This document shows, piece by piece, positions 1-8,103 of a DNA stretch of 64,000 nt. Location of the stretch: positions 288,001 to 352,000 of the forward strand of contig OZ245033.1 of assembly GCA_965224025.1 (NCBI GenBank). Reading direction: 5' to 3'. Position numbers and translations under genes: made by a program. How positions within the stretch are numbered: position 1 is the stretch's first letter; every line of letters begins with the position of its first letter. Source of the stretch: Candidatus Multivorans sp. GTDB lineage: Bacteria > Acidobacteriota > Thermoanaerobaculia > Multivoradales > Multivoraceae. The notes under the pieces are model-generated. The model was given only the letters and a program-made list of their open reading frames with translations, did not search any database and was not told the DNA's origin.

Positions 1-847
1 GAGTCTCTACCACCAGGCGCGCAAGAGGACTTACTACGAGGCGCGGCGGCTGTTCGCGGAGGCGATCGAGCTCGATCCGGCGTACGCCCTGGCTCACGCG
101 GCGTCCGCGCACTGCTCCGCGTATCTCTACCTGTTCCACGAACCGAGCGAGGACAACCTCAGACTCGCCGACGAGTCGAGTTCGCGAGCCCTGGAGCTGG
201 CGCCCGAGGTCGCGGAGGCGCACTCGGCGAGGGCGATGACACTCAGCACCAACGGCCGGCTGGAGGAGGCCGAAGTCCACTTCCGGCGCGCCTTGGAACT
301 CGACCCGCTGAGCTTCGAGGCGAACCACAACTTTGCCCGTCACCGCTTCGCCCAGGGCCGGATGGAGGAAGCGGTCACGTTCTTCTTCCGGGCCATCGAA
401 GCCGATCCGACGGCTTACGCCCCCTGCTCCATCTGCACCGCGGCTCTGGCGGCGCTCGGCCGGACTTCTGAAACGGCTCGGCTCCAGGAGCTCACGCAGG
501 CCAGGGTGCAAAGGCGCCTGTTGCGCTACCCCGACGACCAGCGCGCGCTCTACCTGGGCGCGGTCAATCTCGCCCGCGACGGTCGGACGGACGAGGCCCT
601 GGAGTGGGCCGCGCGGGCGGAGGCCCTGGATCCCCAGGATGCCGTGGCGCTCTACAACCTGGCCTGCGTGGCGGCCGTGTGCGGCGATGCGGATGCCGGG
701 CTCCGGTACCTGGAATCGGCAGTGAGGCATGGTTACCCGCACCTGCGCTGGATCGAGAACGATGCCGACTTGGCGGCGCTGCGGGCGGATCCGCGGTTTG
801 GGGAGGTGGTGGCGGGGCTGCGGGGGGCGGCGCGGGCTGCTGGCTGA
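1..847 (+). CDS. TPR-repeat protein, C-terminal part (5' end outside window); resembles TPR tails of TolB-like kinase/adenylate cyclase proteins
   Basis: Frame open from nt 2 (SLYHQARKRTYYEARRLFAEAIELDPAYALAH...); repeated A-x-E-L-D-P TPR motifs; C-terminal 'YNLAC...DADLAALRADPRF' cap. Confidence 0.8.
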   Translation, partial: SLYHQARKRTYYEARRLFAEAIELDPAYALAHAASAHCSAYLYLFHEPSEDNLRLADESSSRALELAPEVAEAHSARAMTLSTNGRLEEAEVHFRRALELDPLSFEANHNFARHRFAQGRMEEAVTFFFRAIEADPTAYAPCSICTAALAALGRTSETARLQELTQARVQRRLLRYPDDQRALYLGAVNLARDGRTDEALEWAARAEALDPQDAVALYNLACVAAVCGDADAGLRYLESAVRHGYPHLRWIENDADLAALRADPRFGEVVAGLRGAARAAG

Positions 848-873
848 CTGTCGGTGCGCCGGCCACTGGATGC

Positions 874-1035
874 GCCGCCCACTGGGCGCGCCGGCCTTCT
901 GGCCGGCTGCCGCCGGAGGCGGCCAAGCGACAGCACCGGCCGCAGGCCGGTTCCATCCGGCAAACGGCCCCAACGAACTTCGGGCTCGCCGCTTCGCGGC
1001 ATCGCGCCCAATGCCGGCCAGAAGGCCGGCGCACC
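874..1035. repeat. REPIN-like inverted pair of REP palindromes; right REP interrupted by IS110 copy 1
   Basis: cactgggcgcgccggccttctggccggc (880-907) is the inverse of gccggccagaaggccggcgcacc (1013-1035) plus cagtg (2746-2750); the IR extends to ccgcccactg/cagtgggcgg across the IS. Confidence 0.85.
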
Positions 1036-1099
1036 TGTACCTTTCTCGGGTGGATTCTGGTGGGTCGTTGAGAGAGGTGGAATCGACCAGTAGCCGTCG

Positions 1100-1196
1100 C
1101 GGCTGCGGTAGCTGTGGGAAACCGGCTTGCCGGTTTTCCAAGGTCCGGCGGGAAACGGTCTGCCGTTTTCCGCGGGACCGGCAGCTTCCGCAGCCG
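1100..1196 (+). ncRNA. Structured three-way-junction element in IS110 left end, function unknown
   Basis: Stems cggctgcgg/ccgcagccg and agctg/cagct enclose hairpins tgggaaaccggc/gccggttttcca and ggtccggcgggaaacgg/ccgttttccgcgggacc; G-U pairs favour the + strand. Confidence 0.5.
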
Positions 1197-1244
1197 GGAC
1201 CGCCGGTCGGTTTCGTTTCCGGCCTGCCGGAGTCACTGAAGGAA

Positions 1245-1401
1245 GGTCGGCAAGCAGCCAGGAGCGACCACCGGCGCACTGTGCTTCGAGCACCTGGCTG
1301 GGACCCGTGCCCTGGCTGCTTCGCCGCGTTGGACGCCCAGTGGAGAGTCAGTGCCTTAGAGCACCAGTACAGGTACGGGCAGGCAACGCGGCATGCCGAC
1401 C
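1245..1401 (+). ncRNA. Bridge RNA of IS110 copy 1 (target-binding and donor-binding loops; exact ends unknown)
   Basis: Stem 1252-1262/1311-1321 encloses CCGGCGCAC (1271-1279, left target) and CTGGG (1298-1302, revcomp of CCCAG). Stem 1323-1331/1384-1392 encloses GTGGAGAGTC (1340-1349, right IS end) and GTACAGG (1367-1373, revcomp of CCTGTAC). Confidence 0.9.
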
Positions 1402-1435
1402 AGGCAACACTACCGCAAGGGAGAAGGAGGACGAG

Positions 1436-2689
1436 ATGACCAGGACGTGGTTCGTCGGCGTGGACTGGGGGTCCGAGACCCACCACGTGTGTGTGCTGGA
1501 TCGGGACGGCAAGGTGAGGGGGGAGCGGGCGTTCGACCACAGCGGCAAGGGACTTGCCGCCATGGCCGACTGGCTCCTTGGACATACCCGACCGACGTCT
1601 CCGGACGAGATCGGCGTCGCCATCGAGGTGCCGCACGGACCGGTGGTCGAGACTCTCCTGGAGCGGGGTTTCGCCGTCCATTCGATCAACCCCAAGCAGC
1701 TCGACCGCTTCAGGGACCGCTTCTCCGTCGCCGGCGCCAAGGATGACCGCCGCGATGCACGGGTGCTCGCCGCCGCGCTTCGCACCGACCCCGAGTGCCT
1801 GAACCGCGTGCAACCATCCGATGCCGCCATCGTCATGCTGCGCGAGGTGTCCCGCGCCCGCAAGCAGTTGGTCAACCAGAAGAACCGCCTGGAGAACCAG
1901 GTCCGCGACCAGCTCTGGCGCTACTACCCGCAGTTTCTCGCCGTGGTCAAGAACGAGGTGTCGGCGCCCTTCGCGCTGGCCTTGTGGCGACTGGCGCCGA
2001 CCCCCGGCAAGGCTCGACGGCTGCGCGAAGCCACGCTCGCCAAACTGCTCAAGGAACACCGCATCCGGCGCCTGACCTCCGCCCAACTGCGCGATCAACT
2101 GCGGGCCGAGCCGATCGCCGTTTCCCCGGACACCGTTAAGGCCGCCGTCGAACACATAGGACTCCTCCGGCCGGTGCTCGACACCGTCTGCCGCCAACTC
2201 GCCGACGCCGACAAGCGGCTGGAGCGGATGACCCGCGCACTCGAGGCCCCGGCCCAACGGGAAAACGACGACGACTCCCCTAAGCCGAGCGACGCCGCCA
2301 TCCTCAGGTCGCTGCCCGGACTCGGCAAGGTCGGCCTCGCCACCCTGCTCTCCGAGGCCGATCAAAGCCTGGGCCGCAGAGACCACGAGGCACTGCGTTG
2401 CCTCTGCGGAGTGGCGCCGGTGACCGTCAAGTCCGGCAAGAAGCTCATCGTCATGCGACGACTCGCCGCCAACGAACACCTCAGCGACGCCGTCTATCAC
2501 TGGGGACGAGTCGCCATCGAGCATGACCCGATCAGCCGCGCCAAGTACGACGCCATGAAAGCCCAGGGAAAGACGCACGGACGCGCCATCAGACAACTCG
2601 TCGACCGACTCCTCGGCGTCGCCTGCGCCATGCTCCGAGACCGAACTCTCTTCGACCCCAACAAGCGATGCCATGCCCAGGTCGCATGA
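1436..2689 (+). CDS. IS110-family DEDD recombinase/transposase (417 aa)
   Basis: AGGAGG RBS before MTRTWFVGVDWG; RuvC-like D (GVDWG), E (AIEVP), DD (KDDRRDA); Tnp-domain serine loop GVAPVTVKSGK. Confidence 0.95.
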   Translation: MTRTWFVGVDWGSETHHVCVLDRDGKVRGERAFDHSGKGLAAMADWLLGHTRPTSPDEIGVAIEVPHGPVVETLLERGFAVHSINPKQLDRFRDRFSVAGAKDDRRDARVLAAALRTDPECLNRVQPSDAAIVMLREVSRARKQLVNQKNRLENQVRDQLWRYYPQFLAVVKNEVSAPFALALWRLAPTPGKARRLREATLAKLLKEHRIRRLTSAQLRDQLRAEPIAVSPDTVKAAVEHIGLLRPVLDTVCRQLADADKRLERMTRALEAPAQRENDDDSPKPSDAAILRSLPGLGKVGLATLLSEADQSLGRRDHEALRCLCGVAPVTVKSGKKLIVMRRLAANEHLSDAVYHWGRVAIEHDPISRAKYDAMKAQGKTHGRAIRQLVDRLLGVACAMLRDRTLFDPNKRCHAQVA

Positions 2690-2724
2690 CCTCCCTGACC
2701 CGCAGCAGCCTCCCCAAAACACAC

Positions 2725-2745
2725 TTGCTAAAGGGTGGAGAGTCC
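2725..2745 (+). promoter_or_regulatory. -35 half (TTGCTA) of an IS circle-junction promoter
   Basis: Joining right end to left end through CC gives TTGCTA-aagggtggagagtcctg (17 nt)-TACCTT; identical in copy 2 (10580-10600). Confidence 0.65.
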
Positions 2746-2823
2746 CAGTGGGCGGAGCTTGCGCACCCTGCCTCGTCACAGGCACACTCACGCTTCACAC
2801 GAACAGCTCGGGGGGCGGAGCGG

Positions 2824-3603
2824 ATGCTGGAACTTGGACTTGAGGGCAGGGTGGCGATCGTCACCGGCGGCAGCGAGGGGATGGGGCTCGCGACGGCGCG
2901 CCGCCTCGTTGGCGAGGGCGCGCGCGTCGCGATCTGCGCGCGGCGGGCGGAGAACCTGGAGCGGGCCGCCGACGAGTTGCGCGCGGCGGGCGGCGGCGAG
3001 GTCTTCGCCCAGCCCGCCGACGTGACCTCCGCGGCCGACGTCGACCGCTTCATCGACGCGGTGACCGCCGAGTTCGGCGGCGTCGACATCCTCGTCAACA
3101 ACGCCGGCGCGTCGGCCGCGCAGGGCCTCGAATCGCTCGACGACGACGCCTGGCTCGCGGACATCCAGCTCAAGGTGATGGGTGCGGTGCGTTTCTGCCG
3201 GGGCGTCGTGCCCTCGATGCGCAAGCGCGGCGGCGGTTCGATCGTCAACGCGACGATCGGGGGCGGCAAGGCGGCGCCGGCGCGGGCGCTGCCGACCAGC
3301 GTCACCCGGGCCGCCGGCATCAACCTGACCAAGTCGCTCGCCAACGAACTGGCCGCCGACAACATCCGCGTCAACACGATCTGCATCGGCCTGATCAAGA
3401 GCGACCAGTGGGTGCGCCGGGCGACGGGCCAGGGCGTCGAGGTCGAGTCGATCTACGAGGCGATGGGCAAGCGCGTCCCCCTGGGCCGCGTCGGCGAGGC
3501 GGAGGAGTACGCCGACCTGATCGCGTTCCTGGTCTCGGAGCGCGGCGCCTACATCACCGGCGCGTCGATCAACCTGGACGGCGGGCTGTGTCCCGTCGTG
3601 TGA
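2824..3603 (+). CDS. Short-chain dehydrogenase/reductase (SDR)
   Basis: VAIVTGGSEGMG, DILVNNAG, NIRVNTICIG, ITGASINLDGG; catalytic YxxxK replaced by TSVTR, as in some atypical SDRs. Confidence 0.9.
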   Translation: MLELGLEGRVAIVTGGSEGMGLATARRLVGEGARVAICARRAENLERAADELRAAGGGEVFAQPADVTSAADVDRFIDAVTAEFGGVDILVNNAGASAAQGLESLDDDAWLADIQLKVMGAVRFCRGVVPSMRKRGGGSIVNATIGGGKAAPARALPTSVTRAAGINLTKSLANELAADNIRVNTICIGLIKSDQWVRRATGQGVEVESIYEAMGKRVPLGRVGEAEEYADLIAFLVSERGAYITGASINLDGGLCPVV

Positions 3604-3634
3604 CCTGCCGGCGGAGCCAAACAAGGAGCCGAAC

Positions 3635-4681
3635 GTGAAAGTAGCGATGCAGAAGAACCCCTTCAATCGCGGGGATCTGATCGAGGCGCAGGGGTTCGAG
3701 ACCGTGGAGGGCGTCTGCCGCAACGAGGACGACCTGGCCGACCTGATGTCCGACGCCGACGGCGCCCTGGTCGGCGTCATGCCGCTGACCTCGCGCTCCG
3801 TGCTCGAGCGGTGCCCGAAGCTCAAGGTGGTCAGCCGGCTGGGGGTCGGCGTCGACTCGATCGACCTCGACGCGGCGACCGAACTCGGCATTTTGGCGAC
3901 CAACGTGCCGGGTTCCAACACGACCGAGGTCGCCGACCACGCGATGGCGCTGATGCTGGCGCTCACCCGGTGTGTGGTCGACGCCGCCGGCACTACCCGC
4001 GAGGGCCGCTGGGGCCATCGGGAATCGATGATCGGGCTCCTCACCCGTGCCCGGCGGATCGCCGGCCATACGGTCGGCATCATCGGCTTCGGCAACATCG
4101 GCCGCGCCTTCGCCACCCGGGCCCGCGGCTTCGGGCCGGCCCGGATCATCGCCGCCGACCCGTACGTCGACCAGGTCACCGCCGACCTCTACGGCGTCCA
4201 GCTCGTGCCGCTCGAGGAGCTGCTGGCCGAAGCCGACTACGTGACGATCCACTGCTCGGCGACCGAGGAAACGCGGCACCTGATCAACGCCGACACGCTC
4301 GCCCTGATGAAGCCCACGGCCCTGCTGGTCAACGCGGCCCGGGGGCCGATCATCGACGGTGCGGCACTGGCCGAAGCGCTCGCCGAAGGCCGGATCGAAG
4401 CCGCCGCGCTCGACGTGACCGAGAAGGAACCGATCGACCCGGACGATCCGCTGCTGAAGCTGCCCAACTGCCTCGTCACCCCGCACATCGCCGGGTTCTC
4501 GCCGGTGTTCCTGGGCGAGTGCCCGATCCGCCAGGCCGAGAACGTGATCCGGGTGCTGACGGGCGAGATGCCGCATGGCATCGCGAACCCCGAGGCGATC
4601 AAGACGATCGCGGTGATGCGGGCGAGCGACCCGGGGCGCTGGGAGGGGGTACCGGACTTCTCGACCGCGCTGGCGTTGTAG
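3635..4681 (+). CDS. D-isomer-specific 2-hydroxyacid dehydrogenase (CtBP/SerA-like)
   Basis: GVGVDSIDL, TNVPG, GIIGFGNIG, VNAARG, ALDV..EP, TPHIAG. Confidence 0.9.
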   Translation: MKVAMQKNPFNRGDLIEAQGFETVEGVCRNEDDLADLMSDADGALVGVMPLTSRSVLERCPKLKVVSRLGVGVDSIDLDAATELGILATNVPGSNTTEVADHAMALMLALTRCVVDAAGTTREGRWGHRESMIGLLTRARRIAGHTVGIIGFGNIGRAFATRARGFGPARIIAADPYVDQVTADLYGVQLVPLEELLAEADYVTIHCSATEETRHLINADTLALMKPTALLVNAARGPIIDGAALAEALAEGRIEAAALDVTEKEPIDPDDPLLKLPNCLVTPHIAGFSPVFLGECPIRQAENVIRVLTGEMPHGIANPEAIKTIAVMRASDPGRWEGVPDFSTALAL

Positions 4682-4713
4682 CAGCCACGCCCCGGAGCCA
4701 ACAGGAGAGAACC

Positions 4714-5742
4714 ATGAAGCGACCACAGGACCACCTCTCCCGCCCTGGCAAAGCGCACGTCCTACTGGGTGCGCCGGCCTTCTGGCCGGCTTCTGAAAGA
4801 ACGCCGCCGCGAAGCGGCGTCCGCGGTCGGCCGCGGCGCGAAGGACAACCAAGCGTTCCGGGTAGCGGATTCCGCCTAAGGGCGGATGCCGGCCAGAAGG
4901 CCGGCGCACCCAGTGGCGGAATGGCGGCTTTCCTCCTGCTCTGCCTCACCTGCCCGCTCCTAGTCGCCGCCTGCGCCGCCCCGCCGCCCGAGGGAGCGGC
5001 CGCTCCCGTCACCCCCGACGACGTCGCCAACTGGCGCGCAATCGACCTCAGCCACTCCTACGGCGACACCACGCTCTACTGGCCGACCGACACCAGGGGC
5101 TTCGACCTCGAGACCCTCGCCGAGGGCCACACGGACGCCGGCTACTTCTACGCCGCCAAACAGTTCGCGACCACCGAGCACGGCGGCACCCACCTCGACG
5201 CCCCCGTCCACTTCGCCGAAGGCGGCGACGACGTCGCCTCGATCCCGCTCGACCGGCTGATCCTGCCCGGCATCGTCGTCGACGTCACCGCACAGGCGGC
5301 CGCCGACCCCGACTACCTGGTGACCGCCGCGGATATCGGCGCCTGGGAAGAGCAGCACGGCCCGGTGCCGGCCGGCGCCGCCGTCCTCATCCGCACCGGC
5401 TGGCCGGACCGCTGGCCCGACGTCCTCGCCTACCTCGGCGACGACACTCCGGGAGACGCGAGCAACCTCCACTTCCCCGGGGTCGGCGAGGACGCAGCCC
5501 GCCTGCTGATCGAAGAGCGGGGCATCGGCATGCTCGGCATCGACACCGCCAGCGTCGACTACGGCCAGTCGACCGACTTCATCGTCCACCAGATCGGCGG
5601 CGCCGCCGGCGTCCCCAACCTGGAGAACGTCGGCGACCTGTCGGAACTGCCGGAGACCGGCTTCCTGCTCGTCGCCCTGCCGATGAAGATCGAGGGCGGC
5701 ACCGGCGCACCGGTGCGGATCGTGGCGCTGGTTCCGCGGTAG
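4714..5742 (+). CDS. Cyclase-family (kynurenine formamidase-like) metallohydrolase lipoprotein; in-frame REPIN in N-terminus (alternative start 4921)
   Basis: HGGTHLDAP metal motif, GIDTASVD, LENV, GGTGAPVRIVA; lipobox LVAAC; AGGAGAG RBS before ATG 4714. Confidence 0.85.
   Translation: MKRPQDHLSRPGKAHVLLGAPAFWPASERTPPRSGVRGRPRREGQPSVPGSGFRLRADAGQKAGAPSGGMAAFLLLCLTCPLLVAACAAPPPEGAAAPVTPDDVANWRAIDLSHSYGDTTLYWPTDTRGFDLETLAEGHTDAGYFYAAKQFATTEHGGTHLDAPVHFAEGGDDVASIPLDRLILPGIVVDVTAQAAADPDYLVTAADIGAWEEQHGPVPAGAAVLIRTGWPDRWPDVLAYLGDDTPGDASNLHFPGVGEDAARLLIEERGIGMLGIDTASVDYGQSTDFIVHQIGGAAGVPNLENVGDLSELPETGFLLVALPMKIEGGTGAPVRIVALVPR
4764..4914. repeat. Intact REPIN-like inverted REP pair (two unoccupied IS110 target sites)
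   Basis: actgggtgcgccggccttctggccggc (4764-4790) and gccggccagaaggccggcgcacccagt (4888-4914) are perfect 27-bp inverted repeats. Confidence 0.9.
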
Positions 5743-5751
5743 GACCGAAGC

Positions 5752-6270
5752 TCAGGTCCCGGCGGGTTCCCCGCCCGACAGCCGGCCCTCGTCATCGATC
5801 AGGACGATCCTGCTCGGTCGATCGGATCCCCACTTCCACAGCACCAGGTTCAGATCGTTCGGCCCCGCGCCGTGAGCGAAGCTCGGGACCACCATCCCCA
5901 CCTGGCCGGCGGCGACCAAACGATCGGCCAGAGCCTGCGAGCGCGGAACAGCCCGGGCCAGCATCTCGGCCTCCCAGGTCGGACACGCCAGGTCCGCTTC
6001 GCTGACGCTCAACTCTGCCCGCTCACGGTCATCTCTCGTGTCGCAGACCGGTTCCGCGTCCACTTCGTAGGCGCAGAGCACGAGCGGCTGCATCGGTCTG
6101 CCCAGGGGTTGCGCTTCGCGGATTGCCGTCAGTGGGCTGAGCGAGGTGTAGAGCGCCGCAACACCGCTCCGGTTGAAGCGTCCGCCGTGCCGGCGCGCGC
6201 CCTCACCCGAAAGCGGCGTCCAGGACCATTGGGAGTTGTGCGCCCGGTAGACGACGCCGCGGAATCGCAC
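5752..6270 (-). CDS. RES-domain toxin (NAD+-degrading family)
   Basis: VYRAH..SGEGARRHGGRFN..ALYTS..TAIRE..SQALAD..VPSFA..NLVLW (R-E-S signature). Confidence 0.9.
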   Translation of the reverse strand: MRFRGVVYRAHNSQWSWTPLSGEGARRHGGRFNRSGVAALYTSLSPLTAIREAQPLGRPMQPLVLCAYEVDAEPVCDTRDDRERAELSVSEADLACPTWEAEMLARAVPRSQALADRLVAAGQVGMVVPSFAHGAGPNDLNLVLWKWGSDRPSRIVLIDDEGRLSGGEPAGT

Positions 6271-6284
6271 TGGCGGAACGCAGC

Positions 6285-6635
6285 CTACGCGTAGCCGCCG
6301 GCCACGATCCGGTCGAGATACGCGTGGACCTGGTCCGCCTGGCCTGCCCGCAGCAGGGAATCCGCCGTGGCGCCGCCAAACCCGGGCAGCGGCTCGGCCC
6401 GAAACCAGGCGTAGGCGGCAAGCGGCGAGCCCGTCTGTTCTTCGACCCGGTTCAGGATCTCCAGCATCTGGCGGAGCCGGACCTGAGTCTTGCGAGCCCG
6501 GACCCGGGACGACCGCGAGAAGGCGTCTCGTCCCAGACCAAGGGTACCGGCGATCTCCGCCTTGGTCGTGCGCAACTCGGATGCGATGAGCACCGGGGAG
6601 AAGACCTGATCTTTGACGAACTCCTGGAAACGCAT
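6285..6635 (-). CDS. Xre/MbcA/ParS-type antitoxin
   Basis: N-terminal HTH-like TTKAEIAGTLGLG; C-terminal AYAWFRAEPLPGFGGATADSLL..GGYA; directly upstream of the RES toxin. Confidence 0.88.
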   Translation of the reverse strand: MRFQEFVKDQVFSPVLIASELRTTKAEIAGTLGLGRDAFSRSSRVRARKTQVRLRQMLEILNRVEEQTGSPLAAYAWFRAEPLPGFGGATADSLLRAGQADQVHAYLDRIVAGGYA

Positions 6636-6653
6636 GACGGCGACCTCGTGGTT

Positions 6654-6675
6654 AGTCACGCAGTATAGCGTGACT
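6654..6675 (-). promoter_or_regulatory. Palindromic operator over the -10 box of the TA operon
   Basis: agtcacgc-agtata-gcgtgact perfect 8-bp IR; the minus-strand loop reads TATACT. Confidence 0.55.
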
Positions 6676-6759
6676 CTGTGTGTCAACCGCAAACCGCCCA
6701 AGTGCTGACTTGCGCTCTGTTCCGCCGAGGTCACGATCCATCTTCCTTGGTCGCAACGG

Positions 6760-7926
6760 TCAGTCCATCGCCGCAAGCTGCGTCATCACCGTCTGCAGCG
6801 GCACGGCGGTCGTCGTCTTCGACACGGGGAACTCCTCGTCTCCCGAGTACACCACCATGCGTCTTGCCGCATTCAGGTCATAGGCGGCGAGTTCGAAGCC
6901 GCGGCTCGTGCGCGGCGCCGACGATCTCTTGACCTCGATCGCCCACAGTTGTTGGTCGGGCAACTGCAGCAGGAGATCGATCTCCGCTCCAGCTCGCGTC
7001 CGGTAGAACCAGGGGATCGTCCCGAAGGGCGCGGAGGCGATCAGATTCTCGATCGCGAAGCCCTCCCAGCTCGGCCCGACGACGGGATGCGAGAGCACGT
7101 CGTCGAAGGTGGCGAGGCCGAGAAGGGTGTGCAGAAGACCGCTGTCCCGGATGTACACCTTCGGCGACTTGACGAGCCGCTTGCCGACGTTCGCGAAGTA
7201 CGGCTGAAGTCTCCGCACGAGCATCAGGTCGACCAGGAGGTCGACATAGCGACCAATCGCCGGCACGGAGACATCCATGCTGCGGGCTAACTGGGAGGCG
7301 TTGAACACGCCGCCCTGGCGGTGGGCGAGCATGGTCCAGAACCTCCTCAGGGTCTCGGCAGGAATGCGGATGCCGAACTGCGGGATGTCCCGTTCGAGGT
7401 AGGTACGGATGAAGCTGAGTCTCCAACGGGCCGCGGCCGCGTCGCTCTTGGCCAGGAACGGATCCGGGAAACCTCCGCGTATCCAGAGCCGGTCCCGTTC
7501 GGAAGCGGTCTCAAGGACGTCGAGTCCGGGAAGCTCGTCGTAGACAACGCGTCCTGCCAACGACTCAGCCGATTGCCTGAGGAGGGTATGGGACGCAGAA
7601 CCGAGAAGCAGGAACTGCCCGATGCGGCGACCGTGGCGGCGACGCCGGTCGATCTGCCCTCGCAGTACCTCGAAAAGGCCCGGCACGCGCTGGATCTCGT
7701 CCAGAATGACGAGCCGTCCAGCCTGATGCTCCAGGTAGGCGGCAGGATTGGCAAGCCGGGCCGCATGGTCCGGGTTCTCCAGGTCGAGGTAGATGCTGTC
7801 GGACACCTGATCCGCTATGGCGCGGGCCAGGGTCGTCTTGCCGATCTGGCGTGGACCCAGGAGCACCACCGCCGGCGCTTCCTCCAGCGCACGGAGGATT
7901 CTCTGCTTGGAACGACGCTCGATCAT
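6760..7926 (-). CDS. ATP-binding protein, AAA_14 plus DUF4143 (C-terminal nuclease-like fold)
   Basis: GPRQIGKT Walker A, ILDEIQ Walker B, SAESLAGR, RGGFP, KSPKVYIRDSG, EIDLL..AIEVK. Confidence 0.92.
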   Translation of the reverse strand: MIERRSKQRILRALEEAPAVVLLGPRQIGKTTLARAIADQVSDSIYLDLENPDHAARLANPAAYLEHQAGRLVILDEIQRVPGLFEVLRGQIDRRRRHGRRIGQFLLLGSASHTLLRQSAESLAGRVVYDELPGLDVLETASERDRLWIRGGFPDPFLAKSDAAAARWRLSFIRTYLERDIPQFGIRIPAETLRRFWTMLAHRQGGVFNASQLARSMDVSVPAIGRYVDLLVDLMLVRRLQPYFANVGKRLVKSPKVYIRDSGLLHTLLGLATFDDVLSHPVVGPSWEGFAIENLIASAPFGTIPWFYRTRAGAEIDLLLQLPDQQLWAIEVKRSSAPRTSRGFELAAYDLNAARRMVVYSGDEEFPVSKTTTAVPLQTVMTQLAAMD

Positions 7927-7933
7927 CCTCGCT

Positions 7934-7961
7934 AATCTAACGGTTACCGTTAAAAAAGCAA
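7934..7961 (-). promoter_or_regulatory. Putative leaderless promoter TTGCTT-N16-TAGATT with palindrome TAACGGT-T-ACCGTTA
   Basis: AT-rich patch in high-GC DNA; -10 box ends 7 nt before ATG 7926; perfect 7-1-7 palindrome at 7938-7952. Confidence 0.45.
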
Positions 7962-8103
7962 GGCTGGCGGCTCCAGCTACGTTGCCCCGCGACCGCCCGG
8001 GCACCGTAGTAGAGTCCGCTATCCCACCCACAACACAACCCAAGGAACCGGCACGCCGGGGCCTACGATGCGCGCAACCGCGTCACACTACGAGGAGACA
8101 CTC

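Larger units (their letters stand above)
1034..2745 (+). mobile_element. IS110-family insertion sequence, copy 1 (1712 bp including CC core at both ends)
   Basis: Near-identical to 8889-10600; removing it restores the REP GGCGCA-CC-CAGTG seen intact at 4901-4915 and 10626-10640; no long terminal IRs; DEDD transposase. Confidence 0.95.

Noticed and set aside
1335-1342. CCCAGTG (right-target sequence) inside the donor arm of the bridge RNA
   Set aside because: Probably coincidental overlap of a gccc/gggc stem with the start of the donor guide; its orientation is wrong for a right-target guide
1127-1435. 103-aa N-terminal extension of the IS110 ORF (also 8982-9290)
   Set aside because: It overlaps the structured RNA and bridge RNA; the RuvC domain and a strong AGGAGG RBS begin at ATG 1436/9291
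3811-4713. Long N-terminal part of the 643-aa ORF 3811-5742
   Set aside because: Alternative-frame shadow of the 2-hydroxyacid dehydrogenase; the real gene starts at 4714 or 4921
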